Of a DNA stretch of 64,000 bases, positions 52,579 to 64,000 are shown piece by piece; the first letter of the stretch is position 1, and each line of letters begins with the position of its first letter. Position numbers and translations under genes: made by a program. Origin of the DNA: Anthoceros angustus (Eukaryota; Plantae; Anthocerotophyta); NCBI GenBank assembly GCA_010909165.1, contig VJWM01000186.1, positions 248,001-312,000 of the forward strand, given 5' to 3'. A model generated the notes under the pieces. That model had not been told where the DNA came from and searched no databases. It saw only the letters and a list, made by a program, of their open reading frames with translations.

Positions 52579-53485
52579 CATTCCTCTCCGGCAACGCGGC
52601 AAGGGCTGCTTCCGATTGATGGAGGTTGATGTAACACTTCTCAATCAATTCCAAATTGGTGTAGGCCCATTGGCAGCCATACGCCCATCCTAACTGGATG
52701 TTTTCCTCCTTGGCCCATTGACTGAAATCTACCAAATCACGGGGATTGAGCTGCCCCGCAAAACAGGTGAACTGGGGCATCACGAGTTCATCTCCTTGGC
52801 GGCAGCCTCACGCCGCCTTCTTCCCTGCCTCCTCGGGAAGAACCCTTGGTAGGCGGTTCCTTCCCTTGCCTTTCCTCGCAGGCATGGCCTTTCCTTCTCC
52901 AAGTGCTTCAAGAAGGGAATTCTCACTGTTGAGCGCGTTGAGAGCTCAAACTTCACTCCTCAACACACCCCTTCCTTGTTGTGGCAACAACACTCACCCA
53001 CACGCAACCGTGCTAGCCCCGGCTTGAGTTCTCCACCGCTGCCAATCTCCTCTTGTGGTCCTTTTCTCCAAGGTGGCGCCACCACCAATTGTTCTCGCCT
53101 CCTCCCCCTCAATTCGCAGCCTGACCTCGAGTGCAGTCCTCCCGGCTCTCACTCTGCACCTCCTTCTCACCGGGCGCGAGAGCTCCCCTAGTTCGCTGTG
53201 CTGGGTTCTCCTCCTTGATAAAGTGCGCGCAGCCTCGCCTCGCTCCCAGCTTGCTCGCGGCGATAGTAGCTCCTTTTCTCGCCGCGATGGTAGCCTTCCT
53301 TCCTTTTGTTCTTACGCTCCAACTCCAGCTCCAGCTCCAGCTCTAGCTCTTCGCGAAGTGGAGGAAGCCGCCCAAAGCACAGACTTTGCCCTCCTTGGAT
53401 GATCACGAGGTCAGTCACAGATTTGGTTCATCATTCTCAAATACCTAATCCTATCTAAACTGCCTATTTTCCTATCGTATCGCGT

Positions 53486-55227
53486 CCCTAAGCTCCTTAA
53501 GCGTTGTAGGTGGCTTGATCCTGGTTATGATCTTGACCTTATCCGGATCAACGTCATCCTCGGCGAAATGCACGATTGCCCAAAGAAATGCCCTCGGGCA
53601 TGCCGAAATAACATTTTCGAGTGCAGGGCACAATTATAGTCCTTGACATCATCGCGTTCCAAACACTTGCGAAGATGGTCCAAATGATCCTTTACCAACA
53701 CCACAGTTGTCAAGAAACTTCCATAAAGTCTCGAGGTATTTCTTGAAAATTTTGACAATCTGCATGAAAGACCCCTGTGCCCCCAATCCGACGCCGTTGT
53801 AGCGAGGTTCCCAATCCGTAGTGAAGGCATTGACTAGTCGCCGAGCCCAGCTGTGCGGTGATTCCACAATACAAGTGGTCAAATATTCCCTAAAGGTGAA
53901 GGAGCGATTCACCTGCTGATATCATCTACCCAATTGTGACATCGGAATGGGTAGCCCCGATTATGGTGGTCCTAAAAAAGCAAGGGAAAGATACGTGTGC
54001 CAGATTGGAGGAAGTTGAACAGGTAACCAAGAAGGACCATTTCCCACTCCGCTCATAGACAACATCCGGATCTAGTTGCGGAAGGATGGTCTATTCATTC
54101 TTGGGCATTCAGATACAATCGGCTTCATCTTCGGAGAGCCATGCGTGATGGAACTGCATAGAAAGCGGAGTTGGAGGAAAAGGAATATGTATGGAGATAA
54201 AGGAAGCTAAAGAGGTGGTCTCTAGCGGACATACATAAATACAAAACCACCACCGACAGGTAAGCAGTTATCTAAAGAAAACTCTTTTAGGGTTTCATTT
54301 GGCTTTTAGCGAACTAGAAAAGACCAACTAACTTTCTGAATTCTTTTCTAGGGCATGGATGGCTTGAGAAGCGGTTACTAGTCTTGAGCCAGTGAGCGAG
54401 GAAAAGGGGTAGCAACTTGGACTTGAAACCACAGACCATCACCATGCTAGAAAAAGCAGGTTAGATCAATCGACCGCTCCTCCTCGGAGGGCGTAATGTG
54501 ATATTCGGTATACGCAATTGCTTGGTCGATCCTTCAATTTCGAGAGGAAAATCTAATAAAATAGTTTATGAATTTTAAAATCACAGTCCGACCTCATAGA
54601 AAAGATTGTTGTCTACGGACGGCGTTTAGAATTCCTTCAAATTACCTCGGTGAATATCACGCAATGTGTTTGCGGATGTCTTGGTCTCCGTGCAGATGCA
54701 GTGTCTTGAGAGATCGCCTAACGGCGGTTTTGGAAATGATCTTGTTTGAACAATCGTCCACAAGCTGGTACAAGTGGATGTTGTAGCGATTCGTGTAGAT
54801 TTTTGATGTGAAGTATTGCGGCCTTGACCAATAATTCTCCGATCAATTGATCACGTTGACCTTTGTCTCAACCGACCGGTCCGGAGGATCTTTGGTTGGA
54901 ATACGAGGAGGTCTTTAAGAAAACGGCCTTGAGAAGGTCTTTGCAAATCCTCCTCTTCCACCGAATCCACAATTCGATTTATTCCTCGGCATTGCAACTG
55001 ACATGTTCACCGGCGCATGTGCTCACGATACCATATGAAAAACCGAGGATTTAAGTCAAGAAAGCTTGACATGATGTGGTGTCACGAAGAACAAGTGCAA
55101 GTGCAAAATGCTTAGATAAAATAAAATAAATGAGCATACACATAAAACGTAAACTGTAGTTTAAATAGTGTAAACCTAATGAACCCCATACGCCTAGGTT
55201 ACACATATACTTAATGTATATTTTTCA
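53486..55227. mobile_element. Copy 2 of the split Gypsy RT plus Copia-4 leader and LTR (55036-55227)
   Basis: Collinear with 34101-35926. Confidence 0.85.
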
Positions 55228-57516
55228 TATCCTCCTTGCTCTTGTCCTCCTGTTTGGTTTGTCCATACCTTGCTTGGAGCATTCTCAAAGAGTCTTCCTC
55301 CCCCAATTGTTGGCCGATGTTCCCACTAAATTCTTCGGGCCCTTTTTGCGTTTGTCTCCTCTCCCGGCGCTCTTCCCTTCATTCGTGGGGTGAGGAACTT
55401 CTCACCCCCCTCCCTTCCCACGGTCCTAATTCGCTCTTGCTCTCCTCCGGTGGGGCGTTTCCCCACCACCTCATCTGCTCCTCTAGGGGTATACTCGGAC
55501 CCCGGCTCCTTCATCCATGATCGGGCCCCGGCCGACTCCCCGCACTGGCGCGGTGCACACCTTACCGGTAGTCAGCGGACTACAGGCGTGGGGTGCATCC
55601 ACCTGCAGTGATGCAGCGAGACTAAGTGGTAGGGTGGTCACCTACCGTGGTAGGGTGACCCCCTGGGAGGGCAGGGCTGTTCCCCTCCTTGCTCTCCGCG
55701 CCATCCTCCACTCTTGGCGCCGCGGCCTCTCCTCCATCTCTTGTCTCCTCGGACTCCTCGGAGTCCATATCACTTGTGGCCTCATCAAAATCGGAGGCCT
55801 CCGGCTGCACTTGCAGCTCCTTCCTGTCATCATCATGAGGACCCAATGTCCTCCTCTTGGCCAATCGCAATACTTCGTTGTTGGCCTTCAAGATCCTGTT
55901 GTGGAGATGGGCCCCGGTTATGATATTGCATTTGGAGATCATCAATCTCCAGTGGGCCACTCTCCATCCTCACACCTATAGGCGTCCCTTGCGATGGTCA
56001 ATTCTCCCACCGTGACATGGAGGTCACATTCTCCTCCTTGCGTCCTCAAGCTGGTGGCCAATTTTCTTGAAGGGCATAATAACTTCAAACCTTCTTCTCA
56101 CCACCGGCATCTTGTGCACCACCTTCTTGTGGTGCTCCTCCTCTTGGAACCCCCTTTGTTCCAGCTCGGCCATTGCTTGTAAGTCTCTCCTCTCCTCACC
56201 TTGCAACCTTTTCGCGCTCAACTCTTGCGATTGTAGGTCTTGAGCTTCAGCTCACGAGCGCTTCTCCTCCAAATTATGCGGGTTCTTCGCAATTCCTCTT
56301 CCATGTCCGGATTTTGATGGCTTGGGTAGCCATCACACACTCCTGCGTCCATTCTTTGGACCGCCACTTTCTCTCCTTCCTAGAGCCTCATTTGCCCTTC
56401 CGCTCTTGCTCTAATTGGGCAAAATGCTCCTCATCTTCTGTCTCCAGAGTCCGTTGGGTAGTTGCTCGGACAGCTCTCTTTGGTTTGACAACCTTGCCTC
56501 AAGACCTTCTCCACGCGGCCCAGTCCATGGTTGTGGAGCTTCTCTGACCTTATCCGACTTGGCTGCCTTCTCGTCGGACTCCATGGCCTCCAATTGCCAT
56601 TTGGTCCCTGCTCTCCTCTCAGTCATCTCTTGGGCCTTATTCGCCCGGACTTCCTCTTAGCACCAAGGAGGTCTAGTTCTAGCCCCTTCAAATCCACATG
56701 GTTGAGTGCTTCACAAGCACTCAGCAAGTCTCCTAGGGGCCCAAATTCTACCCCTACTGGCCTCTTGCTGGAAATCTCCAGCTCCCTTGCACTCCAGCGG
56801 GCCATCCACATGTGGCGCGGTCCCCTCACGATCATCCGCTCTCCCACCCAGTAGCGGTGATGGCGGCTGGGCGCCCGCAGCCTCCTGCCTCTCCTTCCCT
56901 TCCCTACCGCCAAGTTTCTACGGCGTGGGGTGCACGCCTACGCGGTGAGCTCCCCAGCGGTGGTCTGCCTACCTACAGGTAGTGGGGCATTACCATGGTA
57001 GTCGCCTACCCTCCAGGGTGCCTCACCGGGTAATTTGCCCGGGGCCTCTTCTCCTACTGCAGGATGGTGGGGACTCACCCCCTTGAGCATCACCCCTATC
57101 GTGGTAGTCCTCTCTCATAGACTACCACTTGGCCCCTCCTTGGCCGGATCTTGCTCTTCTCCTCCTCTTGCTCTGTGGGGAAAGGCCTCCTCCCAACCTT
57201 GTTGCCTCCACTTCCTCGCCTCGGTCCGGTGTGCTTGTGGAGTCATCCTCCCATGGTCTTCCTCAGTATGAGGGTAGAGGCCTCTCTAAGCTTGGGAGGT
57301 GGATGACCTCAAAAGGATGCCAAGCATCCTCAAGCTCTTTATTTGGTCAAGGCCCTCCATCTCCACAAATGCACCAAATAGGTGCGAGGTAGCATGGCCC
57401 CTCTTCATCCACGGAATTCGGCCTAAGGAGCTTCTCCCTGTGATGGATGTAGGCCTCATACATGATGGTCCCCCAATCCGGCTTAGCTCCTCGAGAAATC
57501 TTCCACAAAAATTGGA
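55228..57516 (-). mobile_element. Host B copy 2, longer, cut by the CACTA-like element
   Basis: Continues to FLWKISRGAKPDWGTIMYE and stops abruptly at CCCTACTAGAAA. Confidence 0.85.
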
Positions 57517-60500
57517 CCCTACTAGAAATGGGCACCCTATGTTACACTTTATGTTAAGATTTGGACCCCTGGATGTAACACTCATGTTACAATTTTGGGG
57601 TCATGTAACACTTTTTGGGCCCCTTGTTACACTTTGGCTTGGAAACCATACCACGGCATTGTTGCAATCATGTTGCAATGGTGTTGCAATTATGTTAAGA
57701 TGAAGTGAGAGGTGGTTTGCCCTCTCTCAAAATTGCAACATGATTGCAACATCTAAAGTGTTACAAGAGAGGTCTTGTAACACTTTTGGAGGCTTGGCAG
57801 AACCTCCTCCCCATCCACCATTGCCCTTTTACTTTTGCCCTTTGAAATACCACGTTTTACTTGGTAGTTACCCGTACGCCCTTCAATACGACCATATACA
57901 AATACAGTATCAATACATCCTTGTACTATATGCATAGTCTACGGTGATAAATGTAATGTATTATTCTAAGTGCTATACGGCGTATTCAATTTCATATAAA
58001 ATAAGTTTGTATATTATACATACATTACCTTTGTGTACATATTCATGGTACGATACTTTGTATTTACTATAAAATATAAATGCTTTATACCCCTACTTTA
58101 TAGCATGTGCTTGCGGTTTGTCCTTCCCGTCAACAATAGCCACGCTTCCCGCCATGGCGCCCAAGAAGATATTGTCCCCACCTATCACCTTATTGTGACG
58201 CATCACGTGAGGTTATGCCCCTACAAGATTGTCTTTGTGCGGAGGAGATTTGGTATCGCTGCTTATGCACGCCTCCATGTAAGGCACTTCCTACGTCATC
58301 GTATGCACCTACGAAACTTCCGCCCTCCCGTTCGATTAATTTTCTTCTTCCCTCCCACTTGCGTTTGGCAAGAAGCTTTGCCACTTCCTCCGCTTCCCTC
58401 CACTTCTGCGGGCATTACATACAAACCAGCATGGCCGTCATGAGTTATCCAGCGTTAATGGGTTTCCACAAAAATTTGCCTTACCTTCCCTCCGTCCTCC
58501 TCTTTTCTTCCCCTTCTTCTGGACATTTTCCTCTTCCGTCCTCCTTCTTCCGGTGCAGTGCCCTTGTCACTTGCCCACCGCCTGCCTCCTCTACTCCTCC
58601 TCCCGTTTTCCTCTTTCGGCCTCCACCCTTTATCACAGTGGCATTGCCTCTGGGCTCCACTATGCAGTCCATGCTCTCATCCGAGGTGCAAGGTATGTGT
58701 CTGCACGAAATTAGGCACATCGTCCTCTTGACTGCCTCCTCTCTGCGTCCATGTTCTCTGCAGCGTCCCTCCTGTCCCCAGCCTCCATCTGCATTGGCCT
58801 TTTGCGATATCAAGCGCATGTTGCCCTCTTAGTCCTCCTTCATTCTCTCTCCCTCGACATCCGCCTCATGTTCGTTCTGGCCTTTTGCCTGCCCCAACCA
58901 TGGCTGCTGGGTGATCCACTCTTGTCTCCTCCGCCACCCGCTCCTCCTAGTCCCCTGCGATTTTTTGGCTGTCCATAGTGCACACAAGTGTGTTTCTTCC
59001 TGGTGATTCGTTGCCCCCCTGCTCCACCACCCGACTCCTGCCTCCACACACCTTGTTCCTGCCCTCCATCGGCGTCGTCACTCCATCTGATCCCAACGGC
59101 CTCCACCCTCCCCATACATGGCCGTCACCTGGCGGTCTCGGGCACCCCTCCACCTCTTTTCCATTATTTGCTTGCTGCCCACTTGACACAGCCCTCGTCG
59201 CCCTGCCTCCATTGACCCCAATCCCAGGCATGCAGCTTCCACCAACCCTAGGCAATCGTGGTGTCGCGGGCACCACAATATCGTCCACACTGTCACTCGG
59301 TTCCCCCCTCCGCTGCCTCCCTCCTGCATGCTTCCTCAAGACTGCGCCTCGCCGTCTCCACTTCCCCGCTCCTTGTTCATCGTCGCCTTTCCCCCCATTC
59401 AAAGTCCCGTTGTCCCTCGCCCCTCGGCCTCCTTCCTCCCAAGCCCCCTTCCTTGATAGCCTCTCGTCGTCCATGTCACCACCTCGTGCACCATCGTTGC
59501 CTCCCACCCCTTCCTTCCGTCGTCTCAGAAAGGCCACCATATCAGGATCCATCTTCAATTCAATGTCGTTAAGCAAAATGGTCATTTCCCTTGTTCTCCT
59601 TGCAATAGCCTGAACCTCTAGGATCTTTTCATACACTCCCTATCTTACCTGCTGAAGGAACTCAGGCACAGAACCCCCACTATCGCCCCTTTCACGATTT
59701 CCACCCTTTCCCTTCTAGCAATCACCGCCGTCCTCGAAGGTTGCCTCCCTTGTCTCAAGCTTGAACACGCCGGCATGCCGGTGCACATGTGTTACCGTTT
59801 GTCCACCATGCCCACTCATCCGCGCAAACTTGAACGTGTGCACACTTTGCCCCGTCACTTGCCATTGCGAGTGCGAAACCCACCTCATCCAATAGCTCTT
59901 CATCTATTTCCTTCACTTCACTGCGCATGCTCCAACTCCGTCGTGGGAGGTTCCACGTCTCAAAGTCGTCAAAATCAAGTGGGTTCGGCCATGTCGCCCC
60001 TCGCCTCTTACCTCTCGGCCGTCTTGACGAGGAGGCTTCTTCACATCGCCGATGTCCGAATGGAGACCGCGGGTGCGGTGGATGAGCGAGATAGCCCGAG
60101 GCCATTTGGCCCCTCATCCTCCCCACCCGGATCGATGCAGTCGGCCGACGTCCGGATGGTGCGCGCCACGTGACTCCCTAGCAAGCTTCACCTCGCCATA
60201 CTCCCCATCCTGACCGGTTGTCCACCACCTTCGTGCCATCAAGGCAATGGCTTCCCTCTCAGTGAAAGGTGCGGCCATGAGTCCCCTGCCGAATTCAAGG
60301 CTGCTATTTTGAAAAAGCTTTGTTTGCAAAAGTTGGTTGTCATTTACTCCTCTTGGCGGGAAAGGCCGTGCACATGCTACTTGCCCATAATCACAACAAT
60401 TTTCGACCACAACCTTGTGGACTTGGGAGCAAGTTTCATGTCCCATTGGTTCTGTCGTTACTCATGATGTATTATATTGCCACATGGCACCGCTCTCAAT

Positions 60501-63500
60501 CGCCCATTCGCATTTTACCATTAATCATCGTCTTCCACGACCAAAGATTGCCTTGTGCATCCGGAGGAGGAGACAATAGACTATAACCTGCAAACCAATC
60601 ACCATACATGATTTATTCCACTTTCAGCACGTGACTCGAGTGGCGTGCGCAAAGGGTGACTTGTCATGTCGTCAGCGGTATGGACGGGCACCAAACCATA
60701 CCCATCCATTCCGCCAAGCAAGACAGTCATCGAGTTTTATTGCGTGTGACATGGGAAGTACAAGTAGTGATCAAGGATGAAGGACTTTCCCATCCCAATG
60801 TTTAATTACGGTAAGCATATGTCCCCACATTGTGAGGTATAAACCGTCCTGCTCACCACTGCCCCAGGCAAGAGCCAAGGGACGGCCCCTCCATACCGGG
60901 TCCTTGATGGCCGAGGGAGAGCAACCTCCCATCCATCATCCTCGATGGCCATCGTCATTGTGGAATTGCAGCCCTTGTCCTTAATGGCCATCGTCGGTTT
61001 CCACCACGAGCAACAATAATGTGCACACATACGCAATGATCCACAGACACAGTCGGCGGGCGGTTTGACTTATCACATTCCACAAACACTTTAGCTGCAT
61101 GGACTTGTAGGTAGGCGAATAGGGCCAAAAAGTGTTCACATCCGGCCTCACTGAACCCCAGCCATACCGTGTGTGGTCACGAACACCATGCACTGTGGAA
61201 GGAACCACCTCGCCACCGAGCAGCAAGTCCCCACGAGGATAGCCACGATGCGGCTCACTCCACTGAGGCGGTGACACCGCCTCCAACCTTTGCAAAGGAT
61301 CCTTGATGGCCATCAGATTTCTAGTTGTGCACAAGATGGAGAACACACGCCTCGTGGTGCGAACTACTCCACGCCCATTTAGGTTTCCGGAAGCTAGCTC
61401 GCATCGTCAACATGTCCAACATACATGGCATAAGGTAGCAGAGCGCCGTGAGGCATGTTTCCTGAAGACAGGCTCGCCATGCGAGGATGACCAAGAGAAA
61501 GGTAGTAGCGTGAAGCGAGGGGCAAGGTGGTGACATTTAAAGCGGACCACCACCTTCTGACCACTTGTGCCCCCAGGCCACATCGGGTTGCGGATGAGAG
61601 GATCTTGAATTTCAACTGTTCTTACATGTGACAAACCAAACATGGCGGGCTTTGATGGTACCGTCGACCAATGTGATTCTTTGGTAAATGCAATGAGTGT
61701 GAATGGCCATGTAAAGGAGCGGAATGCGAAGTTTGTTTTCATGTCTCCTAAGGGCTGGAAATCCTTGATGCGGCGCCATAGTGACGTCGAGCCGCCTAGC
61801 ATGGTGCCGACGGCGTGAATACATTCGTTACGCCATGTGGACGCATGATTGGTGGAGCGAGAATGGGAGTCTCGAACGATGGACATCATTATCTAGGAGA
61901 ACGGAATTGGCATATATATGGCAAATTCACATACGGATCCTTCATTCATGGCATAATGAAAGGGGCATTTAGTTTGCTTGAATACGTGCCACCGTCCTTG
62001 CACAATGGTGTAGATGTTGATATAGATTATTAAAAGCGATTGGAGCGTAATCTGGGTTCAAACGACCTTGACGTGGCATGTTTTCTTCCATGCCATGAGT
62101 TTTCAATTATTCTAATGGCTTGCACCCACCTTCCTTGGACCATGGTGGAGGGAGAATTTTATTTGAGAGAAAGGGAACCATTGTCCTTGGTTCATGGCGA
62201 GTTGTAAGATGGCCATGACCTTGTCATGGCATGGCACTTCCTTGGTCATCGCCACTCGAAATCGCATTGCAAACACTTGTCCTTGGGTCACGAAATGGTC
62301 ATAAAAAGCGGGGACTATATATGGCATGCATGGAGGAATGGCATCGTGGACAAGGAAGGTTTCGTGTTTGTGCACGTGCACAAACAGTAGAAGGTGGCAT
62401 GGCAAGGCAAGGAGCCATGGCATGGCATGCCACGTAGTCCCCTTCTTGGATGGAAGCACGCGAAGGATGGTCCTAGCGCAAGTGAGGTGGGCACGCTGGA
62501 GAATGCGGATTCAAGTGAAGTGGAGGGTGGATGATCATCGCGTGGAGCGGAGGCGGCGAGAGAGGTGTCGGGTCTGGAGGAGCAACTTCCAGCGGCGTCT
62601 CTGAGGGCGAGGCGGAAGCGCCGAGTGTCTCTAATAGGTGGGAGCTACTGGAGGCGCTTGCTGCGAGAATCCAAAACTTTCGAGGAGGAATGCCGGGGTG
62701 ACATCGGGAGGAGGAGGAATTTGGCGTGAGTCAGGAGAAAGAGGACTGGTGATCGGGAGCATGGTGGTGCTGCCCAAGAGGCCGACCGTGTGGGTGGCGA
62801 GAGAGGCCATTGGTCTTGTGGACCTTGTTGGTGGCGATGGATAACCCCAACAACGTGGGAGGAGGATGCCTGTGGAGGGAGGCTGCTGCCACAGGAGTGG
62901 GAGTCTCTTGGAGGAGGCGGTTGCGGAGGCGGGCCAAGGGCAGCGTGCATATGATGGTCGGGAGGCGGTGAGGAGAAGGACAGGCGGCAATGATGGGGAA
63001 GCGAGAGGCGGATGTGGAGATGGCGGATGATGAGGTGGAGACGACATACCGACTACATTGCCACTACGAAATTGGAGGTGGGCGGTTGGCGGTAAGCCAC
63101 TAGGCATTGCCGTGTTGTGCATGGGCGTGGTGGAGTGTACATGGTGAGAGGTTATGCGATGGAGGTTGGGTGGAGAATGAGGAGTTGATTGGTTGGTGCG
63201 GCGTGGTGATATGTAGGACGTGAGCTCTAAGTGATGTGTGTGCATGGTGCGGGGAAGAAGGGAAGGAAAGTGGTGGAAGGTGAAGGCCATGTCGGGAAGG
63301 AAGGCACGATACTAGTGGAGAGAAGGAAGATGGAGGAAAGGTGGCAAGCGTCACCGTCAAGTGATCTTGGAATGGTGGATGATGTGGAACGATGGTGGGA
63401 ACGATGTGGGAGCGGGGACTGGAGATGGTGGGAAGGATGTGGAGGGAGCCTGGAGAGATGGTGGGGAACTGGATGGATGAGAGAATGCGGGCGCATGCGA

Positions 63501-64000
63501 ATGCAACTGAAAACAACCGTGGCGGTGGGCCGTTTGTGGAGGGAATGTGAATGTTGAGCCATTTTCTTGACGAGTCGCCCGATGCGTGGTGGACCGGTGA
63601 TGGTCAATCGGCAACAACAGATGGAATTGGTATTCCCACCTTTATAGCCTAGCATTTACAGGGTCCTTCGCCGTGAAAGTGGTGATTGAGGCTGGATAGG
63701 TCTAGGAAGTTGTGGAGGAACCACGAAAACAATGGTGTTGGTCTAAGAGTCACCAAGTGGCGCGCAAGGCATATGGCCATATCACTTGGAAGACGTACAT
63801 GTTTGTAGATAAAGCCAATTGCATCGGTGGCAACAAAGCCAATCTTTGAAAAGGGATAGAGGACGGCTTGTCCAAAATTCCAATTAATTTGTCAATAAAA
63901 TCAAACACTTATATATGCAAGGTATGAGAGAGTGAAGGGTTAGCACATACATATTACTATATATAAACAAGTCTTGACGCCTATATACATACGTATATCA
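57517..64000. mobile_element. Probable CACTA/CMC-type DNA transposon (one end visible)
   Basis: Terminus CCCTACTAGAAATGG, then dense direct and inverted TGTTACA / TGTTGCAA subterminal repeats to ~57790. The other end is not in the window, so the extent is assumed. Confidence 0.55.
58947..61889 (-). pseudogene. Degenerate coding region of unknown family inside the CACTA-like element
   Basis: Chain of minus-strand ORFs; 59903-58947 is one frame broken by TAG stops; candidate acceptor TTTGCAG near 60588. No family recognised. Confidence 0.35.

Larger units (their letters stand above)
37347..56660 (+). repeat. Tandem duplicate of 17431-37346 (offset 19,916 bp at its start)
   Basis: ACAAATGTCTTGACCC starts at both 17431 and 37347; identical ORFs 17787 and 37703; all nested elements recur in the same order. 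Confidence 0.95.

Noticed and set aside
62631-63655. Long Pro/His/Ser-rich ORFs as discrete genes
   Set aside because: Strand-biased low-complexity sequence open in several frames; I cannot choose a real frame.

Overview
Eukaryotic (land-plant, probably non-seed plant by inference) nuclear DNA. Bases 1-5177 (- strand) hold the 5' half of an intron-rich cohesin-loader gene (SCC2/NIPBL, with the plant-type PHD finger). Starting about 0.7 kb upstream is a ~58 kb nested transposon cluster. In order: an internally deleted CRE-like non-LTR element with a 25-bp tandem array; an orphan L1-type ORF1 split in frame by a full-length Copia (TSD CTCTA); and a deleted Ty3/Gypsy-type host element whose accessory ORF is split by two related Copia elements (TSDs GAACT, CATTC), one carrying a TIR DNA transposon (Sola-like, with a tRNA-like cassette). 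Next come a Gypsy RT with one half inverted, a truncated fourth Copia, and a second host-family fragment. About 19.9 kb (17431-37346) is duplicated in tandem (37347-~56660), and a CACTA-like element with a CCCTA end fills 57517 to the window end. The TE frameshifts cluster at CAG/CTG sites and differ between the duplicate copies, which looks like methylation-linked long-read error rather than decay. The best candidates for undescribed biology are a conserved antisense micro-ORF between two polypurine tracts in two Copia families, the Sola-like element with its tRNA-like cassette, and the non-autonomous Gypsy that kept only its accessory ORF.
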